Shown: in pieces, positions 1-12,123 of the stretch
Layout of the letters: every line of letters begins with the position of its first letter
How positions within the stretch are numbered: the first letter of the stretch is position 1
Assembly (NCBI RefSeq): GCF_001194135.2
Contig: NC_068986.1
Coordinates: 5,740,169-5,799,801 of the forward strand
Origin: Octopus bimaculoides
Taxonomy: Eukaryota
DNA: 59,633 nucleotides
Direction: 5' to 3'
Translations under genes and position numbers: made by a program
The notes under the pieces: model-generated
Told to the model about the DNA's origin: nothing
The model's input: only the letters and a program-made list of their open reading frames with translations
Database searches by the model: none

Positions 1-418
1 CCCTACCTCTACCCGGAATTCATTGCTGTACTCATTTCCAACCCTCACCTTACTGGCAGCATCTCTGTACATGGCTCGCACAGCTCTCACTAACCATTCT
101 TCTATCCCAAGTTTCCTCATTGACCACCAGATAAGGGATCGGGGGACCCTGTCAAAGGCTTTCTCCATGTCAACGAAAGCCAGGTACAGAGGTTTATCCT
201 TAGCTAGGTATTTCTCCTGCAACTGTCTCACTAGAAATAAGGCATCAGTAGTGCTTTTACCTGGCACGAACCCAAACTGCATCTCATCTAAATTGATTCG
301 CTCCCTAATTAGTTGGGCTATGACCCTCTCTGTAACTTTCATAACCTGATCTAACAGCTTGATGCCTCTGTAATTATTTGTATCTAAAGCGTCCCCTTTA
401 CCTTTGTACCTTTGTATA
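1..418 (-). mobile_element. RTE-clade LINE reverse transcriptase fragment, 5'-truncated, runs off the left edge
   Basis: The minus strand reads without stops YKGKGDALDTNNYRGIKLLDQVMKVTERV...QFGFVPGKSTTDALFLVRQLQEKY...AFVDMEKAFDRVPRSLIWWSMRKLG...EFRVEVG, which are the canonical non-LTR RT motifs NYRGI, QFGF and DxEKAFD. A short TACAAAGG duplication marks the 5' junction. Confidence 0.92.
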
Positions 419-688
419 TATATCTTTGTATTATATACATATGTGTTTGTGTGTATGAAATAGAGGCACACTAAGAAGTGGCAATGCTTATAACATAAGT
501 GTGTACAGTTACATTCAACACATTTTTGTACACTCAGATGGAGAAAAACTTTCGCTGCAGAGACATTGTGTGTGAATACACACCAATGAGCCATGGAGGA
601 CATTAAACCAAAGACGTGTGCTTCTGTGTGGTTATGCTTCATCAGCTACAGACAAGCTCTTGTCTCTTGCTATAGAGGAGATACAAGG

Positions 689-690
<2 letters not shown>

Positions 691-738
<48 letters not shown>

Positions 739-750
739 TATATATATATA
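691..750. repeat. (TA)n microsatellite, one of many in the window
   Basis: Seen directly. Similar tracts occur near 1165-1207, 3760-3796, 11107-11150, 33301-33340 and 37440-37500. Confidence 0.95.
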
Positions 751-942
751 GTAAAGCCAGTCGCCACATCAAAGTGGCTGAGTTGAATGTTACTACTAGT
801 TTAACCCTAGGCAGATTCTTCCCCAGCTGGTTATCGGTGCAACACTCTTCAACACTGTTTTGCACTGATAACCAGCTGGCATAGAATCTGCCTAGGGTTA
901 AACTAGTAGTAACATTCAACAGCCACTTTGATGTTGCTTTAC
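751..942. repeat. Long fold-back inverted repeat (probable MITE)
   Basis: Arm 751-842 (GTAAAGC...ACATCAAAGTGGCTG...GTTGAATGTTACTACTAGTTTAACCCTAGGCAGATTCT...CCAGCTGGTTATCGGTGCAA) is the near reverse complement of 860-942, with a 17-nt loop. Confidence 0.88.
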
Positions 943-1159
943 TGCTTAGTATGGTTACTTGAGATTTTACAAATTGCTATTTTGCTTATATACATACATA
1001 GATACATACATATATATTATGTGAATGGACAAGTGAAAGAAAGAAGTACTCAACAAACCTCGTAGAAATTATACATATTATTTAAAACAGTTAGTTTAGA
1101 CCCCATGTGCAACTTAAGGTTCTGTAGGCTTCTTACAGAAATGTAGCTAATCAGGCACT

Positions 1160-1208
<49 letters not shown>

Positions 1209-1640
1209 CAGATGAGATCTAGAAATGCTCAATATAAAAAACATTTAGAAGTGCTCAAATGTTTTGAACTTACTGAGGATTAGATGCCTATCGCTCCACT
1301 CTGAAGACAGAGACCAGGTTTACTTAATGTGTGTATGGTTCCATTACTGGTTGTATATCCTCGACTTTTTGCGAACTACATCTGTCAACATTATGAAGTA
1401 ATTCCAAGCCCCCAGAAACAGCTGTCTGACCTGTAATCCTATTCCTTCTCCCCTTAATTTTTTGTGTTTTTGTACTCTGTGTAAATCAGCTCTGTTAATA
1501 TATAAATAGCTCTATATTTATACATGAATGTTCATCATCTGAATATTTTCAGTCTTTGTTTTCTCTCTGTGTACACATGTATATGTGTGTGTATTTTATA
1601 TATCTAGCCCAAGTGGCTTTATTTGTTTATTTGCATCATT

Positions 1641-1683
<43 letters not shown>

Positions 1684-2112
1684 AATTTAGCTGTGGATTC
1701 TGCATGAAGCCACATTGCAGGATGAAATGCACTCTGTCTAAACTTTAGGACATAAGCAACAACAAAGTCGGTCTGTTTTCTCTGTTGGTTTGTGTATGCC
1801 TTATAATGCCGACTATTGCAAATGATAAGGTCTGTCTAAATCCATGTTGGCATCAACCAGTGGGCGTATGATAATATATATATATTATTGTTTTACATCT
1901 CACTTCCATAGTGCACATATGTTGGATGAGTTGTTAAGGTCCAAGTCATTACTTATTTGTAATTTACTGCTCTCCTAGGTAGATTGAGTGACCACATCTT
2001 ATATGTTTTGTTGCATTTTAGGCTTTGTTCCTACAGCTGGCTGCCCTTTCTAAAGGCTAACTACTGCATGAAATACACTGGGTACATTTTATTGTGGCAC
2101 TAGCACTATTAA

Positions 2113-2246
2113 TATTGGTTTCAAACTTTGGCACATGGCCAGTATTTTTGGGGAAGGGAATAAGTTGATTACATTGACCCCAGTCTTCAGCTAGTACTTA
2201 CTTTATTGATCCAGAAAGGATGAAAAGCAAAGCTGACCTTGGTGGC
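2113..2246 (-). mobile_element. Decayed tRNA-derived SINE fragment
   Basis: Contains GATTACATTGACCCCAG...GATCCAGAAAGGATGAAAAGCAAAG, a diverged match to the younger copies at 15921-16166 and 31279-31512. Confidence 0.7.
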
Positions 2247-2692
2247 AGCTCGGTGCCTCAACTGGTACTATTAATGTTGCCATGTACTTGACAAGGCTAA
2301 GGAGTCTTATGAACTCCACATTTTCTCTCATCCAGCAGTTACTTTTGAGAGAGTCTCCTGGGTTGATTTATAATAGTACTGAATCTAGTGAACGGCAGCA
2401 AATTTGCTGAGTTTTGAGTGAATCCGTTGCAGCATTTGTTCCAATATTTTGTACTGTTAGTTCACACAATACTTCTTTCATCCTTTTAGGGTTGATAAAT
2501 AATCCAGCTGTCCAGATCAGTAAGTTGGTGAGATTGAGAGAATATCAAAGAGGGTGTTTTGCAGGATCTGTTCCAGTTCTAGGTGTTCTGAGTTCAAATC
2601 CTGCTATCTGTCTCATCAAAAAAAAAAAGAAAAGCTGAATAGTGACACGTTCATCAGAAACTGCGATCTGCAGATAATACAGATAATGCCAG

Positions 2693-2852
2693 CATCATCA
2701 TCATCATCATTTAACGTCCGCTTTCCATGCTAGCATGGGTTGGATGATTTGACTGAGGACTGGTGAAACCGGATGGCAACACCAGGCTCCAATCTAATTT
2801 GGCAGAGTTTCTACAGCTGGATGCCCTTCCTAACGCCAACCACTCAGGGAGC
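2693..2852 (-). mobile_element. RTE-type 3'-tail repeat with (GAT)n tail
   Basis: CATCATCAT...TTTAACGTCCGCTTTCCATGCTAGCATGGGTTGG...CTACAGCTGGATGCCCTTCCTAACGCCAACCAC is nearly identical to the copies at 5183 and 51476. Confidence 0.85.
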
Positions 2853-2923
2853 AATATTTAAAAAATCAATGGAAACTTAATTTCCTTGGATTGATCAGAT
2901 CAGCTGCATCACTACAATATCTA

Positions 2924-2973
<50 letters not shown>

Positions 2974-3642
2974 ATCTCTGTAAATTGAATATGTCTCNNN
3001 NNNNNNNNNNNNNNNNNNNNNNNNNNNNNNNNNNNNNNNNNNNNNNNNNNNNNNNNNNNNNNNNNNNNNNNNNNNNNNNNNNNNNNNNNNNNNNNNNNNN
3101 NNNNNNNNNNNNNNNNNNNNNNNNNNNNNNNTTTTTTTTTTTTTTTTTTTTGCTTTCTTCCCCCTGCATTATATTTCATATTATATAGCCAGTTGTAGCA
3201 GGAAATAATGGTCATAATGTGTGTAGATTTCTTTTTAATTTTAAAACCTTTCCCCTTCCCTTACAAGAAGAGGAATTTTTATGGTGATATCAAAGAGAAC
3301 AGGAGGTGTCAATAATTTTTCCTGAGCATTTATCTTAACTACCACCTTGTTACTTCAGATAAACATGGAGAATATCTACTTCTCTATGATTCAAGGTAGG
3401 TACATTTCTTTATCTTCCTGCCATTGTTACTACCTGGAAACTGTTGTTAATGATGCAATATTTAGTTTTGTCTTAATTCAGTGGGAAGAGACAAGTTGCA
3501 TGTTCTTGGTAATTTTAACCAGTCATTTAGTCCCGTGTGTAAATTTGTGCTTTAGTGGATTTATTGGTGTGTCTATGTAAATGTGTGTGTATATGTATAT
3601 ATGTACCTTATATGTATATATGTATATATGTACATATATATA

Positions 3643-3681
<39 letters not shown>

Positions 3682-3754
3682 TTAATAATATTAGGGATAA
3701 AAGTCCAAAATTACAGGTAAAATCAATTTATTAAAATTAAATTAAGTTTCACAG

Positions 3755-3796
<42 letters not shown>

Positions 3797-4114
3797 NNNN
3801 NNNNNNNNNNNNNNNNNNNNNNNNNNNNNNNNNNNNNNNNNNNNNNNNNNNNNNNNNNNNNNNNNNNNNNNNNNNNNNNNNNNNNNNNNNNNNNNNNNNN
3901 NNNNNNNNNNNNNNNNNNNNNNNNNNNNNNNNNNNNNNNNNNNNNNNNNNNNNNNNNNNNNNNNNNNNNNNNNNNNNNNNNNNNNNNNNNNNNNNNNNNN
4001 NNNNNNNNNNNNNNNNNNNNNNNNNNNNNNNNNNNNNNNNNNNNNNNNCACATATAGAAAAATTAATAAGTAAAAGCACAATAAATAAGTATAATATAAT
4101 ACAAAGTAAATATC

Positions 4115-4335
4115 AGGCTCCAATCTGATCTGGCAGTTTCTACAGCTGGATGCCCTTCCTAACGCCAACCACTCCAAGAGTGTAGTGGGTGCTTTTACGT
4201 GCCACCGGCACGAGGGCCAGTCACACGGTACTGGCAACAGCCACACTCAAAAAGGTGTTTTTCACGTGCTACCTGCACGGGAGCCAGTCCAGTGGCACTG
4301 GCAATGACCTCGCTCGAATGATTTTCTAACGTGCC
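4115..4335 (-). mobile_element. RTE-type 3'-tail repeat copy lacking the terminal tail
   Basis: Same family core (CTACAGCTGGATGCCCTTCCTAACGCCAACC, GTGCTTTTACGTGCCACCGGCAC). Confidence 0.8.
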
Positions 4336-4339
4336 ACCT

Positions 4340-5027
4340 TCGAACATTAGGCCTCACTGAGGCAATGACTAGTGACCGAGACCTTTGGAAATGTGCTATG
4401 CTTGAGAGGACCTTGCAAGCCAAGTGAGTCCATAACTTGTGGCCTATGCCAGTGGTGTAACCAGCCCACTTAGGCGTACTTTTCTTTCATTGGACACTAA
4501 ACTCTGCTTGTGAAGACCTGTTGAGGCAAGTGAAATCGAAATCAAATTCGATGACAGCCCCGCATGATTGGCATCCTTGCTAGTGGAGCGTTAAGAACAC
4601 CAACCGAGCATGATCGTTGCCAGGGCCGCTGACTGGCCCCCTTGCCGGTGGCACGTAAAAAGCACCATTGAAGCATGATCGTTACCAGCATCACCTTACT
4701 GGCACTTGTGCCTGTGGTACATGAAAAACAATATTCAAGCGAGGGTGTTGCCAGTTCCACTGGACTGGCTCCTTTGCAGGTGACATGTAAAAACACCATT
4801 TGAGCGTGGCTGTTGCCAATACCATGTGACTGGCCCTCATGCCGGTGGCATGTAAAAGCACCCATTACACTCTTGGAGTGGTTGGTGTTAAGAAGGGCAT
4901 CCAGCTGTAGACACTCAGCCAGATCAGATTGGAGCCTGGTGCAGCCATCTGGCTTACCAGTCCTCAGTCAAACCGTCCAACCCATGCCAGCATGGAAAGC
5001 GGATGTCAAAAGGTTAATGATGATACA
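4340..5027 (+). mobile_element. RTE-type 3'-tail repeat, long copy with tandem internal modules
   Basis: About four ~60-bp modules (GGTGGCACGTAAAAAGCACC-like), then GGGCATCCAGCTGTAG...CCAACCCATGCCAGCATGGAAAGCGGATG...GATGAT. Confidence 0.85.
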
Positions 5028-5035
5028 TATGGGTG

Positions 5036-5075
<40 letters not shown>

Positions 5076-5182
5076 ATTATATGGGGATGATATTATTAAA
5101 ATACCATCACGAGTGGTTAGCGAATTATCAGCCTTACAGGCAAGTTAATAAATATATATATATGTATATATTTTATTGATAT

Positions 5183-5417
5183 ATCATCATCATCATCGTT
5201 TAACGTCCGCTTTCCATGCTAGCATGGGTTGGACGATCTGACTGAGGACTAGTGAAACCGGATGGCAACACCAGGCTCCAATCTAATTTGGCAGAGTTTC
5301 TACAGCTGGATGCCCTTCCTAACGCCAACCACTCAGAGAGTGTAGTGGGTGCTTTTACGTGTCACCCGCATGAAAACGGCCACGCTCGAAATGGTGTCTT
5401 TTATGTGCCACCCGCAC
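5183..5417 (-). mobile_element. RTE-type 3'-tail repeat copy, cut by a gap
   Basis: Nearly identical to 2693-2852 over the shared span. Confidence 0.85.
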
Positions 5418-6669
5418 ANNNNNNNNNNNNNNNNNNNNNNNNNNNNNNNNNNNNNNNNNNNNNNNNNNNNNNNNNNNNNNNNNNNNNNNNNNNNNNNNNN
5501 NNNNNNNNNNNNNNNNNNNNNNNNNNNNNNNNNNNNNNNNNNNNNNNNNNNNNNNNNNNNNNNNNNNNNNNNNNNNNNNNNNNNNNNNNNNNNNNNNNNN
5601 NNNNNNNNNNNNNNNNNNNNNNNNNNNNNNNNNNNNNNNNNNNNNNNNNNNNNNNNNNNNNNNNNNNNNNNNNNNNNNNNNNNNNNNNNNNNNNNNNNNN
5701 NNNNNNNNNNNNNNNNNNNNNNNNNNNNNNNNNNNNNNNNNNNNNNNNNNNNNNNNNNNNNNNNNNNNNNNNNNNNNNNNNNNNNNNNNNNNNNNNNNNN
5801 NNNNNNTATATAGATATATATGTCTGTGTGTGTGTGCAGATATATTCATATATGTCTATATTTATGTATCAGTTTTAACCATCAGTATATTTTTGTTTTT
5901 AAATTTTAATTATTTTCATTTATTAGATCACAATTCAAACTATATTTGAATAAAAGGAAAATTTTCAATTAGCTCTTTTTGTAAGCTTTTGACAGAAATT
6001 TCAATTAGCCTAATGCACTTATTTAGTAACGTTCATCCTTCATTGTGAAGATGATCAAGACTCAGGATTGGCTTTTATGTCTGGTCTGGTTTGATGAAGC
6101 CTCCTGTATTTAGTTTATATCTTGCAATGTGAGATACTCAGGTTAACTCGAGCTTGGAGAAGTTAATGTTTCCTCCCTGCAACAGTTTTCCTTTTGCTTT
6201 CTTACTGTTTGGGCATCCGTGTGACTCAGACTACCACATTTGTGTCAGTTTTGACTAAGCAGTTCCCAGGTGTTCAACGCAACTATTGGCAGTGTTGATA
6301 AAGCTACAAAAATGGACTTAAAATTTAAGAACATTTTAGAAAAAGTATATCAATGTAATGTTTCATTTTTATATTTGTTCTGCAAGATTCTTGATTTGGA
6401 GTCATTTGTTGAAATAGATTTTGTTGTATCCCGAGAGGGTCATCATGCCAATAATAAACACATGCATTGGCCCATTTTCACTTCTTTGTTATTTGTCATT
6501 TGGTTATTTAACAAACTAATTGATTACTTGCTTAATCATTTGGTTAATCAATCAACCAAACTTTTTAATGTCTCATAGACGTGATTACATTTTAAGAAAT
6601 TTTGTCTTGCCAAGTATTAGTGCCATATAAATGCTCATTATTAACATTATTTACATTTGACAGATATTT

Positions 6670-7470
6670 AGACACCCACCTAAAAGAACACACTAGTATA
6701 CCGATAAGAAACTTGATGGAAATGTTGACCTTCTGTGTAGAAACTACCTACTTCAGTATGGACACTGATATGTATTGACAAGAGGAGGGTTTAGCTATGG
6801 GTTCACCATTATCGCTGATAATAGCCAATATATACATGTAATACTTTGAGAATTTGGCTTTAGGATCAACACCACTAAAACCAACCCTATGGCTGTGATA
6901 TGTTGATGACACCTTTATACTCTGGCCCCACCAGGAAGATGTTCAAGTGCTCTTAGATCATGTGAACTCAATAAAGCCATCCATACAGTTCACAATGGAA
7001 AAGGAAAAAGACAATCAGCTAGCATTCCTGGACATATTGATAACACACACCAAGTATGGATTCAGGACATCCGTATACCGCAAGCTGACCTTCACTGGAC
7101 AATACCTCAACTTCAATTCCCACCATCCATACAGTGTAAAGAGAGGGATTGCTCAGTACCTAAAACATCGTGCAAAGAATCTAAGTAGCGATTGTGATAC
7201 CCACCACGAAGAAATGATCAAGCTCAGTAACAATCTATTAACAACTACCCCCAAAAGCATACTATCCACTCCAATTATGAAGAAAAGAGAGGATGAAACC
7301 AATGAACTGTCCATAGTCTGTCTACCCTATGTGAAAGGTCTTTCTGAAAAGACACCTGATAAAGGCTGGAGGGTATATCAGCCGAAACGTGTTAACAACA
7401 AACAAGATGAGGACAAATATCTGTCAAATGTAAATAATGTACATAATTCCTCATCTCTTAAATATAGCAC
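6670..7470 (+). mobile_element. Penelope-like element: pseudogenised RT fused to a terminal pLTR piece, GIY-YIG endonuclease deleted
   Basis: One frame reads EGLAMGSPLSLIIANIYM, YVDD (6899-6910), FTMEKEKDNQLAFLD, VYRKLTFTGQYLNFNSHHP and LPYVKGLSEK, all PLE RT motifs. In-frame stops are at 6776, 6839 and 6896. The sequence then jumps directly into an HHR-bearing terminal repeat. Confidence 0.92.
7352..7393 (+). ncRNA. Degenerate minimal hammerhead ribozyme in the PLE terminal repeat
   Basis: ACAC-CTGATAA-A-GGCTG(GAGGGTATAT)CAGCC-GAAAC-GT-GTT. It has a perfect 5-bp stem II and GAAA. The core is CUGAUAA instead of CUGAUGA and the stem III/stem I junction is shortened. Confidence 0.75.
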
Positions 7471-9250
7471 TGTACCATATAAATGCTCTTTGTGATCTTT
7501 AATATACACTTTCCATTTTGTTAGAAAAAATTATATGCTTTGAATGTTCTTAAATGATGTTTATTTTTGCAGCATTATAGATACTAATAATAATTGCATT
7601 AGGTTAATTAATAATCTTTTATTTAAGCTTATATAATTTAAAAGAATAAAATATTCTCATATAATTTCATATATAGTTTGATTTGTAAGGAATTAAATAA
7701 GCAGGAATAATTAATGTTTAATCATCAGTATACTCTTGCCTTTAAATCAAGTGATGCCACTGTATATGTGTATGTAATCTTTGGCATTTTTATTTGTTGT
7801 ATATTTGAGGTTGATATTGGGCTTTTTTAGGAATTCCTGTTGCTATGCCAGTAATATTTTAAAAAAAACTAGTGAATATTTCACATTTTTCACTGCATAT
7901 ATTCCAGTGGATTGTTGTCACCATACCTTTGAAAAGTGGTAGTTTTATAGCCATATATTTTCACACCTAAAGTATTAGGCATGGTGAACTTATATATGTT
8001 TATGCTTTTTGTTTACATTTTTCTTTAAAAGTTCATTTCTTTTTTTTTTGTTTTTTGTTGTTTTTTAAACCACAGCAAAGTGTATTGCACCAGTACTTAA
8101 TATGGTTCAGTTTGTTTCTTTACAAGCCACAATAAGTAATTGTTGGTGAAAGACAATTCTCCTTTTAGACTTGATGCTCAGCTAAAATTTCCCCTGAAAT
8201 CTGGTACTGTGCCTAATAACCCAACATAGTTTTAATGCAACTTTATATCTTTCTTTCTATGTTATTGTTTCATTTATTTAATTTTTACTTTACCAAATTG
8301 TAATGTGAGTGCTATCTTGGTTTATACATTTGTTTGGTTTGTTGGGATTTTGAACCTCTCTCCTGCAATGCCTTTCATATTCTGGCAGAAAAAATAGGTT
8401 TTATGCTAGGAAGCTTGTAAACAGCAGAATATTTTATTATAATGATGATTACCTATTGATGTGTATACATGTAGCCAAAATCAAAGAAAGGCTTTTCTAT
8501 CACCCTCTAATTGAGTCAAACTCTAAAGATTTTGAGTAGTAATAGTTTTAAGAACAGCACAAAGCTTATTAACATATTGAAACCAGGGATTGAACCAAGG
8601 GCCTTTAGATCTTCTGCTGTATACTCTTTCAAATGAGCTATTTTGGCTATCTGTAGCAATATATTTACTGTCATTAAAATGAGAAAATTTTGCTAAAGTA
8701 TACCAAATCTAATATATTACTGGGTAGAGAAAAACTCAATTCTAAATTTTAAATAATTTAAAATTTAATAGATTTGTTTTGTTTTTATACAATTCTTATA
8801 CCTTTTACTTGATTTAAATTTGACTGAAATTTGTACATTGACAAAGATAATAAAACAGATATGCAGCAACTGAGGGAACTATTCTTCTTAACATCAAAAC
8901 TTTTACCCTAGATATGTCAAGGTTTGGTAAAAACACAACAATTCAGGTGTTACTCAACCTACCCAAAAAAGCAGCTAAAACTTTTGCAATTCACATCTTT
9001 AAATCAATGGTATATTGAACAGACTAGTAGCTGAATTACAAACTAGTGGGTTATCATGACTGTAACACCTTTTTTTTTCAGAGTTCTTTGGCTATCACTG
9101 ATCTTGCACTTCATTTCTAGTACATATGGGAAGGACCCTGTACAGGCATGTGATTTGCTAGATATAACAGTCAAATTTACCTCAAATTACACCTTACTGT
9201 CTTAGGTTAGGAGAAGATACATTGGAAAATGTAGTCCCATATATATATAT

Positions 9251-9284
<34 letters not shown>

Positions 9285-9729
9285 CATTGTTATCATCATT
9301 CCCTTTTCCAAGCTGGCATGGGTTGGGTTGTTTGACAAATTTTGTGTGTGAGCATTTCAGATTAGAGGCAGATAAAAGAGCAACTTCCAAAATGACTGTG
9401 GAATCAATTTTCCATGTAACTTCATGATTTATTTGTAAAATTGATATAGAAATTAAATATTATTTACTATAGGGGTGGTACTGCAGTCATTACAAACTTA
9501 GAAGTCTATAATTTCTGATGTCATTATGTTTCATAATTAAATACTTATAAGTTACCTAATACTTTTTTCTCTTTTACATGCTTTTTTAAGTTGGAAATAC
9601 TTTCTTGCCTTGTGGGAAACAATAATTTGTTTTCGTATTGAAAACATTATCATTCACACATAAAATGTGTATGCAATGCACTTAGTGTTTAAATACATAT
9701 GTGTATGTGTGTGTATATTATATACATAA

Positions 9730-10790
9730 GGGCAAGTGAAAATATATATGCACTCTTGCTTTTGTAATTTATTAAAACAAAAGCAGAGATTGAACAATTA
9801 CGTCATTTTTTGGCATAGTCTCCTTGCTTTTTGATACACTTCTTCCAGCAGTCCATAAGCTTGCTTATTTCATGGGAGAAGGAGGCTTATGGTTGGTTGC
9901 ACAGTCATTTATGCATCACTTCCTGAGCTTCTTCATCCATAGCAAATTGATGACCTCATAAAGGATGTTTGAGCAGTCCAAAGAGATGATAGTCAAAAGG
10001 AGTGAAATCTGGGACTGCATACAGAGTGTTCCAGAAACTTGAAACCCAATTTTTCATTGGTTGCAATGGAGTAGACAGCCATATATAAATGTGCATTGTC
10101 ATGCAACAATAGCACTTGATTTGACAACAGACCTCAGCGTCTGGTGTAGATGGCTGGTTTCACTTTGTTGGTCATCATTTCACTGATGGCTGTAGACCTC
10201 TTTTCCAGTATTGTCCCTTTTGCATCTCAAAAAATGGTTAGCATCACTTTTACTGCAGAAGGTTGAGTCTTGAATTTCTTTTTCACTTGTGATTCCAGGC
10301 ATTTCTGCTCCATACTCTGCAGTTTGGATTCTGGCTCAAAGTGATGGACCCAGGTCTCATCTTCTGTGGTTATTGTCTCCAAAAAAGCTTTGCCTCCATT
10401 GTTTACACTTATGTGCTTCTGTAAGCTCTCTTGGCACCCATCTTGTACAGACTTTACAGAAGCGAAGCTTGTTGTGGATGATTTCATATGCAGAGGACAT
10501 GCCACCTCACCAATGGTCAGTTGTTGGTTCACCAGAACCATCCTTCAAGCTTGTTGAATTTTCATGTCAGTGTTGGAGGTTGGTGGGCATCCTGCCTCTT
10601 TGTGCTTCACACTTGTCCAGCCATTTTCAAAATTCTCAATCCACTCATACACATGTCTACACAGTAGAGCATTGTTCCCCTATTGTACTGAAAGTCGGTG
10701 ATCTATTTCAGCTCCTGACACACCTGCAGACTTGAAAAATCAGGTCACTGATGTTTGTTCTTCCTTGGTGCACACAGCCAGTGGAGCAGC
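9730..10790 (-). mobile_element. Decayed near-full-length mariner transposase
   Basis: TEDETWVHHFEPESKLQSME...KKFKTQPSAVKVMLTIF (the GDETW and KVMLTVFWD motifs) and LLLHDNA at about 10095-10115, with a frameshifted HPPYSPDL-like region downstream. Confidence 0.9.
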
Positions 10791-10924
10791 CATGGTTACT
10801 CTGTTACGCAAGAAAAAAAAACAAAAAAACTGGAGTAATCGTAACCACAAAAGTACCAGCTTTTAGCATGCAAGCATTGAAAGCGGTGCAGCCAACCTAA
10901 AAAAAGGTTTGGTGAAAGTGTGGA

Positions 10925-11085
10925 TAATTTTTGATTTCCCCCCAGTATATAGGGGAAGGCATGTGATTTCCAACCACATTGTTCTAGAGTTCAGTCCCAT
11001 TGCATAGCACCTTGGACAGGTGTCCTCTATAGCTTTAGGCCACTCAAAGCTTTGTGAGTGGAGTTGGTAGAGATAAACTGAAAAA
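10925..11085 (+). mobile_element. tRNA-like-headed SINE (CCAACCACAT...GGTTCAGTCCCA family)
   Basis: TTTCCAACCACATTGTTCTAGAGTTCAGTCCCATTGCATAGCACCTTGG...TTGTGAGTGG. Other copies lie near 19880, 20470, 23520, 25160 and 42400. Confidence 0.7.
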
Positions 11086-11095
11086 TGCGTCATAT

Positions 11096-11150
<55 letters not shown>

Positions 11151-12123
11151 NNNNNNNNNNNNNNNNNNNNNNNNNNNNNNNNNNNNNNNNNNNNNNNNNN
11201 NNNNNNNNNNNNNNNNNNNNNNNNNNNNNNNNNNNNNNNNNNNNNNNNNNNNNNNNNNNNNNNNNNNNNNNNNNNNNNNNNNNNNNNNNNNNNNNNNNNN
11301 NNNNNNNNNNNNNNNNNNNNNNNNNNNNNNNNNNNNNNNNNNNNNNNNNNNNNNNNNNNNNNNNNNNNNNNNNNNNNNNNNNNNNNNNNNNNNNNNNNNN
11401 NNNNNNNNNNNNNNNNNNNNNNNNNNNNNNNNNNNNNNNNNNNNNNNNNNNNNNNNNNNNNNNNNNNNNNNNNNNNNNNNNNNNNNNNNNNNNNNNNNNN
11501 NNNNNNNNNNNNNNNNNNNNNNNNNNNNNNNNNNNNNNNNNNNNNNNNNNNNNNNNNNNNNNNNNNNNNNNNNNNNNNNNNNNNNNNNNNNNNNNNNNNN
11601 NNNNNNNNNNNNNNNNNNNNNNNNNNNNNNNNNNNNNNNNNNNNNNNNNNNNNNNNNNNNNNNNNNNNNNNNNNNNNNNNNNNNNNNNNNNNNNNNNNNN
11701 NNNNNNNNNNNNNNNNNNNNNNNNNNNNNNNNNNNNNNNNNNNNNNNNNNNNNNNNNNNNNNNNNNNNNNNNNNNNNNNNNNNNNNNNNNNNNNNNNNNN
11801 NNNNNNNNNNNNNNNNNNNNNNNNNNNNNNNNNNNNNNNNNNNNNNNNNNNNNNNNNNNNNNNNNNNNNNNNNNNNNNNNNNNNNNNNNNNNNNNNNNNN
11901 NNNNNNNNNNNNNNNNNNNNNNNNNNNNNNNNNNNNNNNNNNNNNNNNNNNNNNNNNNNNNNNNNNNNNNNNNNNNNNNNNNNNNNNNNNNNNNNNNNNN
12001 NNNNNNNNNNNNNNNNNNNNNNNNNNNNNNNNNNNNNNNNNNNNNNNNNNNNNNNNNNNNNNNNNNNNNNNNNNNNNNNNNNNNNNNNNNNNNNNNNNNN
12101 NNNNNNNNNNNNNNNNNNNNNNN
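11151..12123. other. Largest assembly gap (N run)
   Basis: Seen directly. Other gaps are at about 2998-3131, 3797-4049, 5419-5806, 20719-20728, 33247-33300 and 52759-52767, mostly next to microsatellites. Confidence 0.99.

Noticed and set aside
23-349. 108-aa plus-strand ORF
   Set aside because: It is the antisense shadow of the RTE reverse transcriptase frame.
9081-9205. Signal-peptide-like candidate exon (VLWLSLILHFISSTYGKDPVQAC...)
   Set aside because: The only long frame hits a stop immediately before the apparent donor, and no consistent model was found.
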